Source of the DNA: Promethearchaeota archaeon
Lineage (GTDB): Archaea > Asgardarchaeota > Lokiarchaeia > Sigyniarchaeales > SOKP01
Direction: 5' to 3'
Length of the DNA stretch: 64,000 nt
Assembly (NCBI GenBank): GCA_019057795.1
Contig: JAHLWS010000022.1
Span: 1-64,000 of the forward strand
Shown piece by piece: positions 50,754 through 61,429 of this stretch. Within the stretch, counting starts at the first letter, position 1. The number at the start of each line of letters is the position of its first letter. The translations under genes were made by a program, and so were the position numbers. The notes below the pieces were generated by a model, which was not told the origin of the DNA, made no database searches, and saw only the letters and a program-made list of their open reading frames with translations.

Positions 50754-50966
50754 ATGGTAAAATGTTTGTTAACCTACGAAAGCGACGATAAAGAATGGAT
50801 CGAGTCTTTTGAATACATTAAGAAATACGAAGCTTTAGCCTATATTATTAGGAGAAAAGAAGACGACGGTTCAATTGACGTAGAGATTAACGAAGTTTGT
50901 ACTTCTAAAAAAGACCTCATTAAATTAAGAGATTTTTTGAACGGTTTAAATTTGGAGGGGAATTAA
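50754..50966 (+). CDS. Hypothetical protein
   Basis: First gene of the operon leading to the integrase. Confidence 0.6.
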   Translation: MVKCLLTYESDDKEWIESFEYIKKYEALAYIIRRKEDDGSIDVEINEVCTSKKDLIKLRDFLNGLNLEGN

Positions 50967-50968
50967 AA

Positions 50969-51490
50969 ATGAGCGCAAAAGTTAAAGTTAGGAAGTTAAA
51001 AGCGCCTGAAGACATACGCAAAAAAATGATTCATATCATGTTATCCGAACGAGAAATGGCCGAACTCGACGAGTTTAGGGAAGGAACTACTCGAACGGAG
51101 TTTATCCGACAAGCTTTAAAAGATAAATACGATAGGATCGAAAACCCTCAATTGTTTATGGGTAATGGCGCTTCCTCAAACAACGATCAAATCTCAGAAT
51201 TTTTGAGCGAAATTAAAACTACCAACGTAGAAACTAAAAAAATGTTAAAAAAATTGGTAAGTTTAAACGAAATTAAAACCATACTAAAAAGCGTTCAAGC
51301 GATGGCAAATAAACCCGAAATCGAGAAGAACGAAAAAATAATTGTAGAATTACTAAGAGAAAAGAAAAAGTTAAAACCTTTAAAAATTATCGAACTTACC
51401 GGGTTAAGAAATAACGAAGTTTACGACGTAATTTCAAACGATTTAATGTTTTCAATTAACATGAATGGCGAGGTAATTTTGAATGAATAA
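50969..51490 (+). CDS. Ribbon-helix-helix (CopG-like) regulator with coiled coil and C-terminal wHTH-like region
   Basis: IHIMLSEREMAELDEFREGTTRTEFIRQAL RHH pattern; overlaps the integrase start. Confidence 0.65.
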   Translation: MSAKVKVRKLKAPEDIRKKMIHIMLSEREMAELDEFREGTTRTEFIRQALKDKYDRIENPQLFMGNGASSNNDQISEFLSEIKTTNVETKKMLKKLVSLNEIKTILKSVQAMANKPEIEKNEKIIVELLREKKKLKPLKIIELTGLRNNEVYDVISNDLMFSINMNGEVILNE

Positions 51491-52403
51491 TAAGGAAGAA
51501 TGGCCTTCAAATCGCGAAATTATCGACAATTACTTAAATTATTACAATAAGGGTTCTTACTCCTATAACACGCGAAAATCGAGCTTAAATTATTTTTTTA
51601 ACCAAGAGAATTTTAATTTTAACGGTAAAATTTTCGAGATCAACACTTCAGTTTTGCTCGATTACCATAAGTTTCTAAAAAGCAAGGATATTACGGTCCA
51701 AACGCAAAAAAACAAGTGGAATATTTTATCCTCTTTTCTAAATTACACCATGGAATATTACTATAAATTCGATTTCTTGGTAAAAATACCTAAGAAAACT
51801 ATTAATTGGCGCGGTACTAACGGAAGCGGTAATAAGAAAGTAAAAGATTTGATCGAAAAATCTGACCTGGAAAGATTATTATTGCATTTTAAATTTAGGA
51901 ACACGAAACACTACCTTATCTTTAGGTTGTTTGCCGAAACGGGCATGAGAAAATCTGAATTGCGAAACGTAAAGATTAACGATTTAGATTTGGAAAAGCG
52001 AACGATTAAATCTTTTGGTAAGACCGAAGACGTGGTTTATTATTTTACTAAAGATTTGGCTAAATTTTTGAAGCAATTTATATCAGGACGCAAAAAAGTA
52101 GACGTTAATTCCAATATCCTTTTTCTTACTAAATACTTCAAAAAATACTCCGATAGGAGTTTTAACTTGCTTTTAAAAGAAGCTTGTAATAATTTAGGAA
52201 TAGAATCTCATATTACTTGCCACACTTTTAGATGGACAATAAACACTTATCGAAAATTGATGGGTTGTAGTGGCGAGGATCGTAAAATACTCTTAAATCA
52301 TCACGTTCAAGGCGTAAACGTTCAAAATTATTTAATCTTAGATTACGCGACCTATATTAGCATGTACGATCAATATAATCCTTATACCGAGCTTAAGTAT
52401 TAA
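51483..52403 (+). CDS. Tyrosine recombinase/integrase (XerC/D-like)
   Basis: ETGMRKSEL (R), GK (K), CHTFR (HxxR), LLNH, downstream Tyr. Confidence 0.9.
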   Translation: MNNKEEWPSNREIIDNYLNYYNKGSYSYNTRKSSLNYFFNQENFNFNGKIFEINTSVLLDYHKFLKSKDITVQTQKNKWNILSSFLNYTMEYYYKFDFLVKIPKKTINWRGTNGSGNKKVKDLIEKSDLERLLLHFKFRNTKHYLIFRLFAETGMRKSELRNVKINDLDLEKRTIKSFGKTEDVVYYFTKDLAKFLKQFISGRKKVDVNSNILFLTKYFKKYSDRSFNLLLKEACNNLGIESHITCHTFRWTINTYRKLMGCSGEDRKILLNHHVQGVNVQNYLILDYATYISMYDQYNPYTELKY

Positions 52404-52666
52404 CAATTTTTATTCTTTTTTTTAATCTTTTTTTCTATAATTATAATTAAATAAACGTATTATTTAAATATTATAATAAAATCTATTAACCAATTTTTTA
52501 CGTCGATATATTTTACTATTTTAATAGTAAAAAATGTAAGTGTATAATACGCTTCTATTAATTCAATAAAATAGAAGACTATATATATTCAATTTGTTAT
52601 ATTAATGTGAGAATATAGTTCTATTGAATTGTATTCTAATAAAATATAAAAACGAGGTTAGAAAAT

Positions 52667-52801
52667 ATGGAACACGATAAAAATATAGGAATTAACAAAA
52701 AACTTCACATGCGAGTCAAATTAAAAGCAACTAAGGAAGAAAAAACGATTAAAGACTTCGTTAGTGAAGCAATAGAAACAAAATTAGAGGTTGAGGATTA
52801 A
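52667..52801 (+). CDS. Small ribbon-helix-helix DNA-binding protein (44 aa)
   Basis: MEHDKNIGINKKLHMRVKLKATKEEKTIKDFVSEAIETKLEVED; GAGGT SD; below ORF-track cutoff. Confidence 0.7.
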   Translation: MEHDKNIGINKKLHMRVKLKATKEEKTIKDFVSEAIETKLEVED

Positions 52802-52966
52802 ATGGCAATAAGCAACCTTAACCTAACAAACCAAAATCTAACTACAATTAAAAGATTGATGTATTCGCGTTTAGATACGCTATTCCAGAAAATAAATAAT
52901 GGAGATGGTACGAATTCTGAAAATAAAAGTAAACTTGGTAACTCCGAACCCCAGGAAGAAGAGTAG
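52802..52966 (+). CDS. Small hypothetical protein (54 aa)
   Basis: Starts immediately after the previous stop (TAAATG coupling), GAGG SD. Confidence 0.5.
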   Translation: MAISNLNLTNQNLTTIKRLMYSRLDTLFQKINNGDGTNSENKSKLGNSEPQEEE

Positions 52967-53101
52967 AAAAAAAGGATCATATTCGCTTTATCCGGGCTTA
53001 TTAGATTCTTTTTTTCTATTTAATAGAATATCTTACGAATTTTTAAATCTTACCATTTTAAAGGGTTTTTGCGATAAAAATCAAAAGAGGTCGATCGCAA
53101 A

Positions 53102-56035
53102 ATGAACGTCTTAGATTGTTATCCCGAAGAATACAACATCTTATCGTGTAAAATAAGTTTCTTGGAAAACGGCAAAAAAGATATAATTTTCCTGGAAGAT
53201 TGGAAAAAATACCAAAACGAAAAATATCCAAGAAACTTAATAAATAGCAATAGTTCTAATTTTTACGTTATTTGCGGGCAAATTTCAAATAATTTGATTG
53301 TTTTTGATTTTGATGTAGTTAAAAAAAAAGAATGTAATTCAGAGGAAATATACGGTAAAATTATCGAAATAGAACCGAGATTTAAGGAAGCCTTAACGAT
53401 CCAAACTCAATCAGGTGGTCTTCACTTTCACGTTCAAGTCGAATCGATGGATTGCTATAATATGCTTAGTAGAAATAAGGATATACCGTGTAATCTCGAA
53501 GAGATTGACCATATCGACGTTCAAGGAGAAAAGAAAATCGCAATTTTATGGACCAAGATTATCAACCAAGAAAAGCCTTTAAAAATTACTAATTCGGAGT
53601 TTTATGAAATACTTGGTAAATTTAAGGGAAAAGAAGAAAAAGCGTTAGAAGTACCTAAAAAAGAAGTAAAAACAACGATTAATAACATTGATCTTAACAA
53701 ATTGGATAAACCATATCGAGATTTTTTAAACGGTAAATTTAAAATTGATAAATATTGCGAAAAAACGGGGATTGGTGAAAACCAATATTGGAAGGATTTG
53801 TATTGGCACGTGTTAAAGAGGTTAGGATTGTACCATTACGACCTATATCCAATTTTGGAGAAAACTCAACCGGAATTTTCTAAAGAGAAAACAGAGGCGC
53901 AATTGAAGTATAAATACCACGATTATAGGCTTCCATTCAACACAAAATCCAAACCAGGATTTATAAAAAAATCCAAATATGAACTTTATCCCGAATACTA
54001 CAAAGAAACTGAAGAAATAATTACCGATCGTGAAAAATTACGGAAAATATATCAAATACAAACAGGTAAGAGGGCAACTTGGATTCGTGATGGAAAAGAA
54101 TTTTCTACAAATGATTTTTCGAGATGGGAGGCTAAGGTAAAAGGTAAAGCGTCGGAAGAAACAGTAAAACGCCAAGAAGAGCAAATCGTTGAAGAATTAA
54201 TCGATGAATTCGATCTTCTCGTGTTAGACGACACCAAACAAATACTTGTTAGGGAATACATGGCTTATCTATTTGAAATGAGAAATTTTGAAGACGAATT
54301 AAAAAGTAAAATCTTCCGAATAGAAAAAGGTTCTTATTCAAACGTTAAAAAAGATATTTTAGCCATGATAAAGGACGACAAACGAGTTAGGGTTAAACGA
54401 GATGAGTTCTATAACAAAACAGACATAATACCGTTCAAAAATGGTGTTTACGATTTTAAAACTGATTATTTTTTTAAAATCGAACGAGTAAAGGATTTTA
54501 AATTCTTTTACGAAATATCGCACGATTATAGGGAAGATAAAGAATATAAATGTCTTAAATTTAAAAAAATCTTAGTACAATGGATAGACAAAAAAACAAA
54601 GCAATATCATCGCAAAGGAAAAAGAAAATTTCTATTAAACGATATTTTTGAAGCAATTGGATTAACTATGACCATGAACACCGGGTTTAAGAAGCATTTT
54701 ATACCTTTAGGACCTACTGACGCGGGAAAAACGCAGTTCGGAAACATTAGAAACGCCCTTTTTGACAATAGAAACATGGTTGGAAGTTCTTTACAACGCA
54801 TTGGTTCGAACGAATTTGGAACGGATAATTTACAGTTCAAGGTAGCTCTGGCCTGCGACGAGCTTCCCGAAGGATTAATAAAACAAACGGGACCTATAAA
54901 AAACCTTTTAGGAGGAACTACGTTGATGCAAGGCGAACTTAAAGGAGGTAAAAAGTTTTTGTTTAAACCTTACGTAAAATGTTGGTTTAACGCTAATAAA
55001 CCGGCAGAACTCAAGAATCCAAACGATCCCGCTTTTTACAATCGATTCATATTTATCTTTTTTCCTAACGAGTTTAAACAAGGCGATAAAACGTTTACTA
55101 ACGACATCTGGGAAGACATCGTAAACGACGACGACGAGATGCAGGGTATTATCCACGAAGCAATCGAAGGATATAAAAGGATTTTAGAGCGTAAAGGTTT
55201 TCGAAAAGAAGTAACCGAAAATACCCGACACATTTGGCTTTACAATTCGGACCCAATATACAAGTTCCTACATAATTACACCGATAAAGACGACGAGTAT
55301 CACGGTAAAATTACTGCAAAAGATTTTTTAGAAAAGTTTGCCGTTTACGGAAACGTTGCTTGGTCAGCCCAAAAAGTTTATGTCCGCCTCAACCAATATG
55401 GCGTGGTAAAATATATGGGTGATGAGTTCCAGAAACTTCGAGGTATTAAATGGAAGGAAGGAGTATGGGATGACGAGAATAACAAGGATGAGATAGAAAA
55501 GAAGAAAGAAAAAACACCTAAAATCATGGACGAATTTTTTTTAAAAGAAGAGCCTGAAATAATCGAACAACCAACTTTTGAACTTTTATTTACTCCCGAA
55601 GAAAAAGAATTAATCAAAAAGTTACAAGGAGAATTAGATTACATGAAAATACCCGTTTCGATGGACAATTTATGGGTTACTACGGGAGCAGATAAAGACT
55701 TTACTTTCCCGGAATTTGAAGCCATTATCGAAAAATTGGATTTAATCGTCGAAGACGAAGAATTTGGATACAAAACGGTGAGATTACCTAAAAAAGAAAC
55801 ACAAATTATAGAAGAAGTAGATCCTTATAATTTAGAAAAAAATATTGAGAAATTAGAAAAAGAAATTAAAGAAAAACAAGATGAACTTAAAAAGATTGAC
55901 GATATCGAGAAAGTTAAAGAGATACAGAAAGAAATATATATAAAAAAAAAAGATCTAAAATTTTTCAAAGAAATAGAAAAAAAAGAAAACGAAGGTTTTG
56001 ATAATTTAACAAAACTTTTGAAAGGTGAACTCTAA
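53102..56035 (+). CDS. Bifunctional primase-polymerase fused to D5/P4-like SF3 helicase
   Basis: LIVFDFD and TQSGGLHFH primpol motifs; IPFKNGVYD; Walker A GPTDAGKT, Walker B ACDE, motif C NAN, AFYNRF. Confidence 0.88.
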   Translation: MNVLDCYPEEYNILSCKISFLENGKKDIIFLEDWKKYQNEKYPRNLINSNSSNFYVICGQISNNLIVFDFDVVKKKECNSEEIYGKIIEIEPRFKEALTIQTQSGGLHFHVQVESMDCYNMLSRNKDIPCNLEEIDHIDVQGEKKIAILWTKIINQEKPLKITNSEFYEILGKFKGKEEKALEVPKKEVKTTINNIDLNKLDKPYRDFLNGKFKIDKYCEKTGIGENQYWKDLYWHVLKRLGLYHYDLYPILEKTQPEFSKEKTEAQLKYKYHDYRLPFNTKSKPGFIKKSKYELYPEYYKETEEIITDREKLRKIYQIQTGKRATWIRDGKEFSTNDFSRWEAKVKGKASEETVKRQEEQIVEELIDEFDLLVLDDTKQILVREYMAYLFEMRNFEDELKSKIFRIEKGSYSNVKKDILAMIKDDKRVRVKRDEFYNKTDIIPFKNGVYDFKTDYFFKIERVKDFKFFYEISHDYREDKEYKCLKFKKILVQWIDKKTKQYHRKGKRKFLLNDIFEAIGLTMTMNTGFKKHFIPLGPTDAGKTQFGNIRNALFDNRNMVGSSLQRIGSNEFGTDNLQFKVALACDELPEGLIKQTGPIKNLLGGTTLMQGELKGGKKFLFKPYVKCWFNANKPAELKNPNDPAFYNRFIFIFFPNEFKQGDKTFTNDIWEDIVNDDDEMQGIIHEAIEGYKRILERKGFRKEVTENTRHIWLYNSDPIYKFLHNYTDKDDEYHGKITAKDFLEKFAVYGNVAWSAQKVYVRLNQYGVVKYMGDEFQKLRGIKWKEGVWDDENNKDEIEKKKEKTPKIMDEFFLKEEPEIIEQPTFELLFTPEEKELIKKLQGELDYMKIPVSMDNLWVTTGADKDFTFPEFEAIIEKLDLIVEDEEFGYKTVRLPKKETQIIEEVDPYNLEKNIEKLEKEIKEKQDELKKIDDIEKVKEIQKEIYIKKKDLKFFKEIEKKENEGFDNLTKLLKGEL

Positions 56036-56362
56036 ATGACGTTAAAGATTAAAGAATCCGAAACCCTCGAGCATTACAACGCCATCGCTTACAAATACTA
56101 TTTAAATTCGGGCGAAAAAAGGGAATGGCGTAGGGATTTTTGTAGAACTACTCCGTTTCACAAAGGTAAAGAGGCGCTTAAACAACACTACGCCGAAAAC
56201 GGAGCGGTCAAATGTTTTATGTGTAATAAACCAATCTTAAGAGGCGAACGCACCCAAATCCTTTACCTAACCGGGATTCCCGACCCAAGAAAAATATTCA
56301 ATCCAAAAACGGCTAAAATATGCCATAGATCGTGCCTTCAAAGTTCGAGGTTGAGGGTATAA
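56036..56362 (+). CDS. Zn-binding HNH-like protein
   Basis: CFMC...CHRSC; catalytic His not evident. Confidence 0.5.
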   Translation: MTLKIKESETLEHYNAIAYKYYLNSGEKREWRRDFCRTTPFHKGKEALKQHYAENGAVKCFMCNKPILRGERTQILYLTGIPDPRKIFNPKTAKICHRSCLQSSRLRV

Positions 56363-56605
56363 ATGGAAAATTCAAAACTTATCAACCAAGTTTTTTTAAA
56401 AGAATACGAGAAAATACAAATAAAATATCCTGAATTTGTTAAAAGAATCGAAAATCGAGCTAATTGGATCGCCATCCTCTTAGACAAATCTATTACTTTT
56501 CTCAAATTGCTCGGTTTGGAAGGGGAATTTAAAAGCAGGTTAAACGATAACGAACTTTTCGTTTACAATTCCATGAAAAAAATAAAAGAGGAAGTGAACA
56601 AATAA
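56363..56605 (+). CDS. Hypothetical protein
   Basis: TAAATG translational coupling. Confidence 0.6.
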   Translation: MENSKLINQVFLKEYEKIQIKYPEFVKRIENRANWIAILLDKSITFLKLLGLEGEFKSRLNDNELFVYNSMKKIKEEVNK

Positions 56606-57010
56606 ATGACATATAGCTCCGAGTTGGAAATTTACAAACAAGACTTCGATTGCGAATTAAGAGGCGTTATTTCAAAATCTAAAGAATTTCAAGCGCAATT
56701 CCCCGATTTAGACGTCCTCGAAAACAAACGCTCCGAAAAGGTTAAAAAAGCGTTAGATTCTTTCGTGCAATATCACATAGGAATTTTTGACAAGTTAAAA
56801 ATCGAAATAGAGTTAGAAATGGCATTAAACACCCTAAACGAACGATGTAAGAACGAAATAGAGGAGAGATTACACCCGATCGAAGATTACGAGTATTGGG
56901 AAGAAGACGATTTAATAAGCGTTTGTTCAAATAACGATCTGAAAAATCTATTAAAAATTATAGAAAAAATATCGTTAAATGAATTGATAATTATAGAAAA
57001 AGAGGCGTGA
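56606..57010 (+). CDS. Hypothetical protein
   Basis: TAAATG translational coupling. Confidence 0.6.
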   Translation: MTYSSELEIYKQDFDCELRGVISKSKEFQAQFPDLDVLENKRSEKVKKALDSFVQYHIGIFDKLKIEIELEMALNTLNERCKNEIEERLHPIEDYEYWEEDDLISVCSNNDLKNLLKIIEKISLNELIIIEKEA

Positions 57011-57014
57011 AATA

Positions 57015-57155
57015 ATGGAAAACAAGAAAATAATTGTAATTCACGAAGTACCGTATAAAGTTCTAAAAAAATATTTCGAAGAAGAAAAAACGCTCGAAAG
57101 CCTTAAAGCCATAAGGGACTACGAGGAGTTTGTTAAGAAAAGAATTAAAAATTAA
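57015..57155 (+). CDS. Small hypothetical protein (46 aa)
   Basis: MENKKIIVIHEVPYKVLKKYF...; 4 nt after the previous stop. Confidence 0.5.
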   Translation: MENKKIIVIHEVPYKVLKKYFEEEKTLESLKAIRDYEEFVKKRIKN

Positions 57156-57180
57156 ATTATAAAAGAGGTGAAAAAACAAC

Positions 57181-57354
57181 ATGAGCGAAGAATTAACGGA
57201 AAACAATAAAAGAACTTTTAAAGCGATTAATTGGTTAAAAGAAAGGCACGAAACTAACGATTTACTTCACTTGTTAAAAGACGTACCTGAAAACGAGATA
57301 AAGATGTTTTTAGAAGTTGGTAAATTTATCGAAATGATGGAAAAATTAGAATAA
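57181..57354 (+). CDS. Small hypothetical protein (57 aa)
   Basis: MSEELTENNKRTFKAINWL...; GAGGTGA SD. Confidence 0.55.
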   Translation: MSEELTENNKRTFKAINWLKERHETNDLLHLLKDVPENEIKMFLEVGKFIEMMEKLE

Positions 57355-57397
57355 TTAATTTTTTTTATTTTAAATTAAAAATTACCAGGAGAAAATT

Positions 57398-57742
57398 ATG
57401 AAAATATTCCATAAAAAAGACCAAGAAAAAGTTTCTAAAATAGTTCCAGAAAATAATGCAGTTGAAAATGCATTTATAACAAAAAAACAAATTCCCGAAA
57501 CCGACGAGATCCGCCCATTCCATTTCTCAAAACATGGCTTCGAAATCCTATGGAACGCGACCAAAAACCACTACGTAATATTTATCAACCCGGAAATTTA
57601 CGACCTCCCCATCCCCATCATGTATAAACTAAACGAGAAGTTATCGGACCTATTCTTCGAGTTCTATTGGGAAGAAAAAAACAAACAAGCCAAAAAAGAA
57701 TACGAAAACGTCAGACTCGGCAGGTTCATAGACGGCGCTTAA
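57398..57742 (+). CDS. Hypothetical protein
   Basis: AGGAG SD; last gene before the non-coding origin-like region. Confidence 0.55.
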   Translation: MKIFHKKDQEKVSKIVPENNAVENAFITKKQIPETDEIRPFHFSKHGFEILWNATKNHYVIFINPEIYDLPIPIMYKLNEKLSDLFFEFYWEEKNKQAKKEYENVRLGRFIDGA

Positions 57743-57786
57743 ATTTTATTTTTTATCCCATTCGGGATTTTTTCCCTTCTTAATAA

Positions 57787-57990
57787 AATACTTAAAATAC
57801 TTAAGAAAATATTTATAAAAAAATATCATCACCCTTATACCCATCGCAATTGTTAGTAAAATACTTACAATACTTATGACTTTTTTAAATTACTATATAT
57901 AAGCAGGGGGTGGGGTATATGTATTTTTTATAACGATATATACCCCCCAACTTATGACCGTGATGTCACCTATTTTATAAGTATTATAAG
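57787..57990. repeat. Iteron-like repeats and palindrome; putative replication origin of the element
   Basis: AATACTTA at 57787, 57796, 57860 and 57869; inverted TAAGTATT at 57978; GGGGTATAT/ATATACCCC inverted repeat 57912-57946. Confidence 0.6.
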
Positions 57991-58700
57991 TTAATTTATT
58001 TCTCAAAATATTACTAATGTAATAACTCTTAAATAGCGTTCTTATTACTATTATATATTATTAGAATAAGACTTGAGAAGTGGATTAGGATGGAATTAGA
58101 AGGGTTGTAATAGGAAAATAGAATTATGTTATGACGTGAAAATAATGGAACGAAATATAGAAATTAGGAAAATAAGGGATATATTGGGTATATTTTTAAT
58201 TTAATTTACTTGGGTTAGGAAGTTGTTAATAAAAAAGTACGAATCTACGAATTGAAAGTAAGTGGTAATAAAAGTTGGAATGTTAGAATAATTTAAGGTT
58301 ATAATTAATTCGAATTTTACTTGATGAACTTCTTAAAATATAGATTTTAGGATCGAAAAATGATATTTTAATGATAAGAAATTGGGTATTTTTAGGGAAA
58401 ATATGTGCTGCCATACTTTTATTGAAAAGTTTTTAATTTTTGTTCGGATTAATTGTAAAAAATATAAATTTGAATGGCCTTCCATGATAAAAAAATAATC
58501 CCATCCTTTACCCACGAAAGTTGGTAAAGAAAAATAATTTAGAATTGACGGAAAAACTTTTTTCCTAATCAGAAAAATCTATTTTTTTAACCGTTAATAG
58601 AATATTCACCTAACGGTCGATCGTTGTTATTTTTTAACAAATTATTAATGAGAAATAGCCTAAGAACGTAGAATAAGCGTAAATAAATAATTTATTGAAG

Positions 58701-59000
58701 TTATTTTATAATTTTATAGGTTTTGGCGTTGTATTTCTCGATGGCTCCTGAGATTTTGTAAGGAGCAAGTAATTTCCCTATTTTTCTTATTAATTTTTGA
58801 ATTATGGCGCGGTCTTTTGTTAAGTCGTTAAAGGTTATTTGATAATTGGCGCTGAGGTAATCTATGGCTATATCGCGGGTTTTGAAATAGGAGTGTTTTG
58901 CTACGAATTGTTTGACGAAGGGTTCTAATTGGTTTAAGTTTGGGTTATTTTCCGGGTTTATAGAGGAATCGTATTGGAATAATTTGTTGTTTATTACCAT
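58701..59000 (-). CDS. Hypothetical protein, possible winged-helix
   Basis: FKTRDIAIDY...IGKLL...GAIEKYNAKTYKI wHTH-like pattern. Confidence 0.55.
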   Translation of the reverse strand: MVINNKLFQYDSSINPENNPNLNQLEPFVKQFVAKHSYFKTRDIAIDYLSANYQITFNDLTKDRAIIQKLIRKIGKLLAPYKISGAIEKYNAKTYKIIK

Positions 59001-59071
59001 TAATAAGGCCTATTTTTGTTAAAATAAATTACGATTTAGGTATAAATTGACTACTATTTGAAGTAAATTTA

Positions 59072-59506
59072 CTAATATCTGTGGGAGCGTAGGGCGAGGG
59101 TAATGGCGTTTAATCGTTCGAGTTCGGATTGTTCTTTTTCGATTATTTTATCTGCGACTACTTCGGGAATGGGTTGGAATTCGTTTTTAGAATAGAAGGG
59201 GATGTCGTATCCCTTTCTTATTGCTTGTAATTGGTCTTTAGGTGGAGTTGCTGGGTGGCCGAATTGCTCAAAATATTGACATCGGTAAACGTGGAGCTTG
59301 TTTTTGAAGTCGTTTATGTTAGCAATGAAAGGTCGATATTCTTCCTGGAAGTAATTACAAGCCTGATCCAACGTAGAAAGCGGGTAATCCCGCATGAATT
59401 TAAATAGTTTAGAGCGTAGGGAACCGGGTCTGAAGGCTCGGGAAAAGCGTTGGGAGTATCTTGGCGTCTTATAGTTGATTTTTTTCCGGGTTCGGTTTAA
59501 TAGCAT
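59072..59506 (-). CDS. Hypothetical basic protein, possible DNA-binding
   Basis: Arg/Lys-rich N-terminus; divergent from the 59.7 kb operon. Confidence 0.55.
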   Translation of the reverse strand: MLLNRTRKKINYKTPRYSQRFSRAFRPGSLRSKLFKFMRDYPLSTLDQACNYFQEEYRPFIANINDFKNKLHVYRCQYFEQFGHPATPPKDQLQAIRKGYDIPFYSKNEFQPIPEVVADKIIEKEQSELERLNAITLALRSHRY

Positions 59507-59715
59507 AATAAAATAAAATAGGAAGAGAGGCTTATATCAACTTCCTATTAGTTTAAATTTTTTAATTAGATTTAGGTTATTAGATATATGTTTAAGAAAC
59601 ATATAATATTATTTATTTATGGGTTAGATTCATAAGTTTTATAAAGTGTTATTACCAATTATCAATATGAGAAGTAGGAAGTTAATTCTTACTTCTAAAA
59701 AAATTATAAAAAGGG

Positions 59716-60678
59716 TTGATAAAAAAAAACATGAGTATTCAAGATTTAAAAAAGAACTTAGACGCGAAAATGAAGGGTTTGAGGTCGCTTAAGTTTGGTT
59801 TTACCGATAACGCGACTCCGAGTTTTACCGAAGTGGCCGATGGGATCGATATTGACGCTTCGGGAGTAGCTTTTGATAAAAATAAACTTGCTGAGAAAAT
59901 CGAACTCGCTAAAAAAGAAAAATTAGATTTACAAAAAAAGAAAGATGGCGCTATTAAAGACGACGAGGTTTACACGGGCGAGGATTCGACGGGTTTTGGT
60001 GGTCAGGGCGATAAGGAGCAATTTATATTGGCTTGTATGCAGGCAGGCGGGAGTTTAGAGAATTGCGAAAAGACTTGGTTGTTAAAGTTAGCCGGTTATG
60101 GTATGACGCCTGAGTTGGCAAAATTAATTGAAACTTTAGGGAAAACGAAAAGCGTTGACACGCTCGAGTATCGAGACGGCGATTTAGAGCGCATAAAGAA
60201 CGATTTTGGAGTGGATTTAAAGCCTATAATCGAGAAGCTAAAGAGAGTAGACGGGATATGTGCTAACAATAAAAAGTTGGTCGCGGAAAACAAAAAACTT
60301 AAAGACGATTTGGTCGGAATGAAGTCTATTTACGATGCGTTGCAGACGAGTTGGGTAAAGAAAGCAGAGGATCGAAAGCTCGAGTTAAAGGAAGTATTAT
60401 CTAAAGATTACGACGAAACCGACGATTTTTTGAAAGAAAAGAGTTTAGAAGATCTCGAAAGTTACCTAAGAATCTATAAAAAGGTTGGTAAAAAAGACGA
60501 CGGCGTTAAGCTTACTCCCGAAGAGGAGCGGGAAAAAGACATGAACGATAAATCCAATGGTATCGAATTACCACATCGTATTAATCAAGGCGGTATAATT
60601 AGCGATTTTGAGGGTTATATCGATCGAAAGATGGAAATAGAGCGAAAAGAAAAGTTTGGGTGGGGTAAGGAAGAATAA
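59716..60678 (+). CDS. Coiled-coil, charged protein; possible viral head scaffold-like
   Basis: Long D/E/K-rich heptad regions; likely ATG at 59731. Confidence 0.55.
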   Translation: MIKKNMSIQDLKKNLDAKMKGLRSLKFGFTDNATPSFTEVADGIDIDASGVAFDKNKLAEKIELAKKEKLDLQKKKDGAIKDDEVYTGEDSTGFGGQGDKEQFILACMQAGGSLENCEKTWLLKLAGYGMTPELAKLIETLGKTKSVDTLEYRDGDLERIKNDFGVDLKPIIEKLKRVDGICANNKKLVAENKKLKDDLVGMKSIYDALQTSWVKKAEDRKLELKEVLSKDYDETDDFLKEKSLEDLESYLRIYKKVGKKDDGVKLTPEEEREKDMNDKSNGIELPHRINQGGIISDFEGYIDRKMEIERKEKFGWGKEE

Positions 60679-61427
60679 TGGGATTCGAGGATTTAAAAGG
60701 TTTGAGTAAGGCGGAACTTTACGTCGTTTTAACTGATTTAGCAAACACTCGAACTAACGCCTTCGGATTTAATGAATCTGGTCAACAGATTTACGATTTA
60801 GCGGAGGGTTTGAAGTTTGGCGTTTTAACGCCTGAGGATATAGTTGGATCGGGAGATTTAGACGGTATAATAAGCGATTTTGTTGAGGAAGTTAAAGACG
60901 ACGGGATATCTCCTGAAATGATAAACGAGATTTTAGTGGATAAGTTTCACGTAGGTAAAAAGCTCGAGATTGATAAGACCGGAAAAGCCAGATACGTGAA
61001 AGACGATGGAGCGCCTCAGGATTTTGAAGTTTACCTTAGGAAGCCTGAAGTGGAAGTTAAACCCGAGATTAAAGAAGATTTTACTGAAAAAATCTTAATG
61101 GTCAAACTTAAAGAAAAGAGCGATAATTTGGGTAAAGAATACCCGGAATTGTTTGGTAAAGATACTACTATTGACGACGCAGTCGCTTTAAAGAAAAAAC
61201 TCTTAAAAGAGAAAGCAGAACTCGAGGATAAGATTAAAGAAGACGGAGTAAAAGAAGGTTATAGCAAACAAGAAATCGAATATTACGTAAATAATTTACT
61301 CGAAGATTTAGAGAAAAAAGACGATTTTGTCGATGCAGAGACTTTAAAGAGTTATAATAGCATAAAAGGTAAGTTAAAAGCCAATTTACAAGAGATTTTA
61401 TTGGAATTTAACGATAAAGGGGAGTAA
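60678..61427 (+). CDS. Acidic coiled-coil hypothetical protein
   Basis: TAATG overlap; shares GIISDF and KDDG motifs with the upstream gene. Confidence 0.6.
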   Translation: MGFEDLKGLSKAELYVVLTDLANTRTNAFGFNESGQQIYDLAEGLKFGVLTPEDIVGSGDLDGIISDFVEEVKDDGISPEMINEILVDKFHVGKKLEIDKTGKARYVKDDGAPQDFEVYLRKPEVEVKPEIKEDFTEKILMVKLKEKSDNLGKEYPELFGKDTTIDDAVALKKKLLKEKAELEDKIKEDGVKEGYSKQEIEYYVNNLLEDLEKKDDFVDAETLKSYNSIKGKLKANLQEILLEFNDKGE

Positions 61428-61429
61428 TC

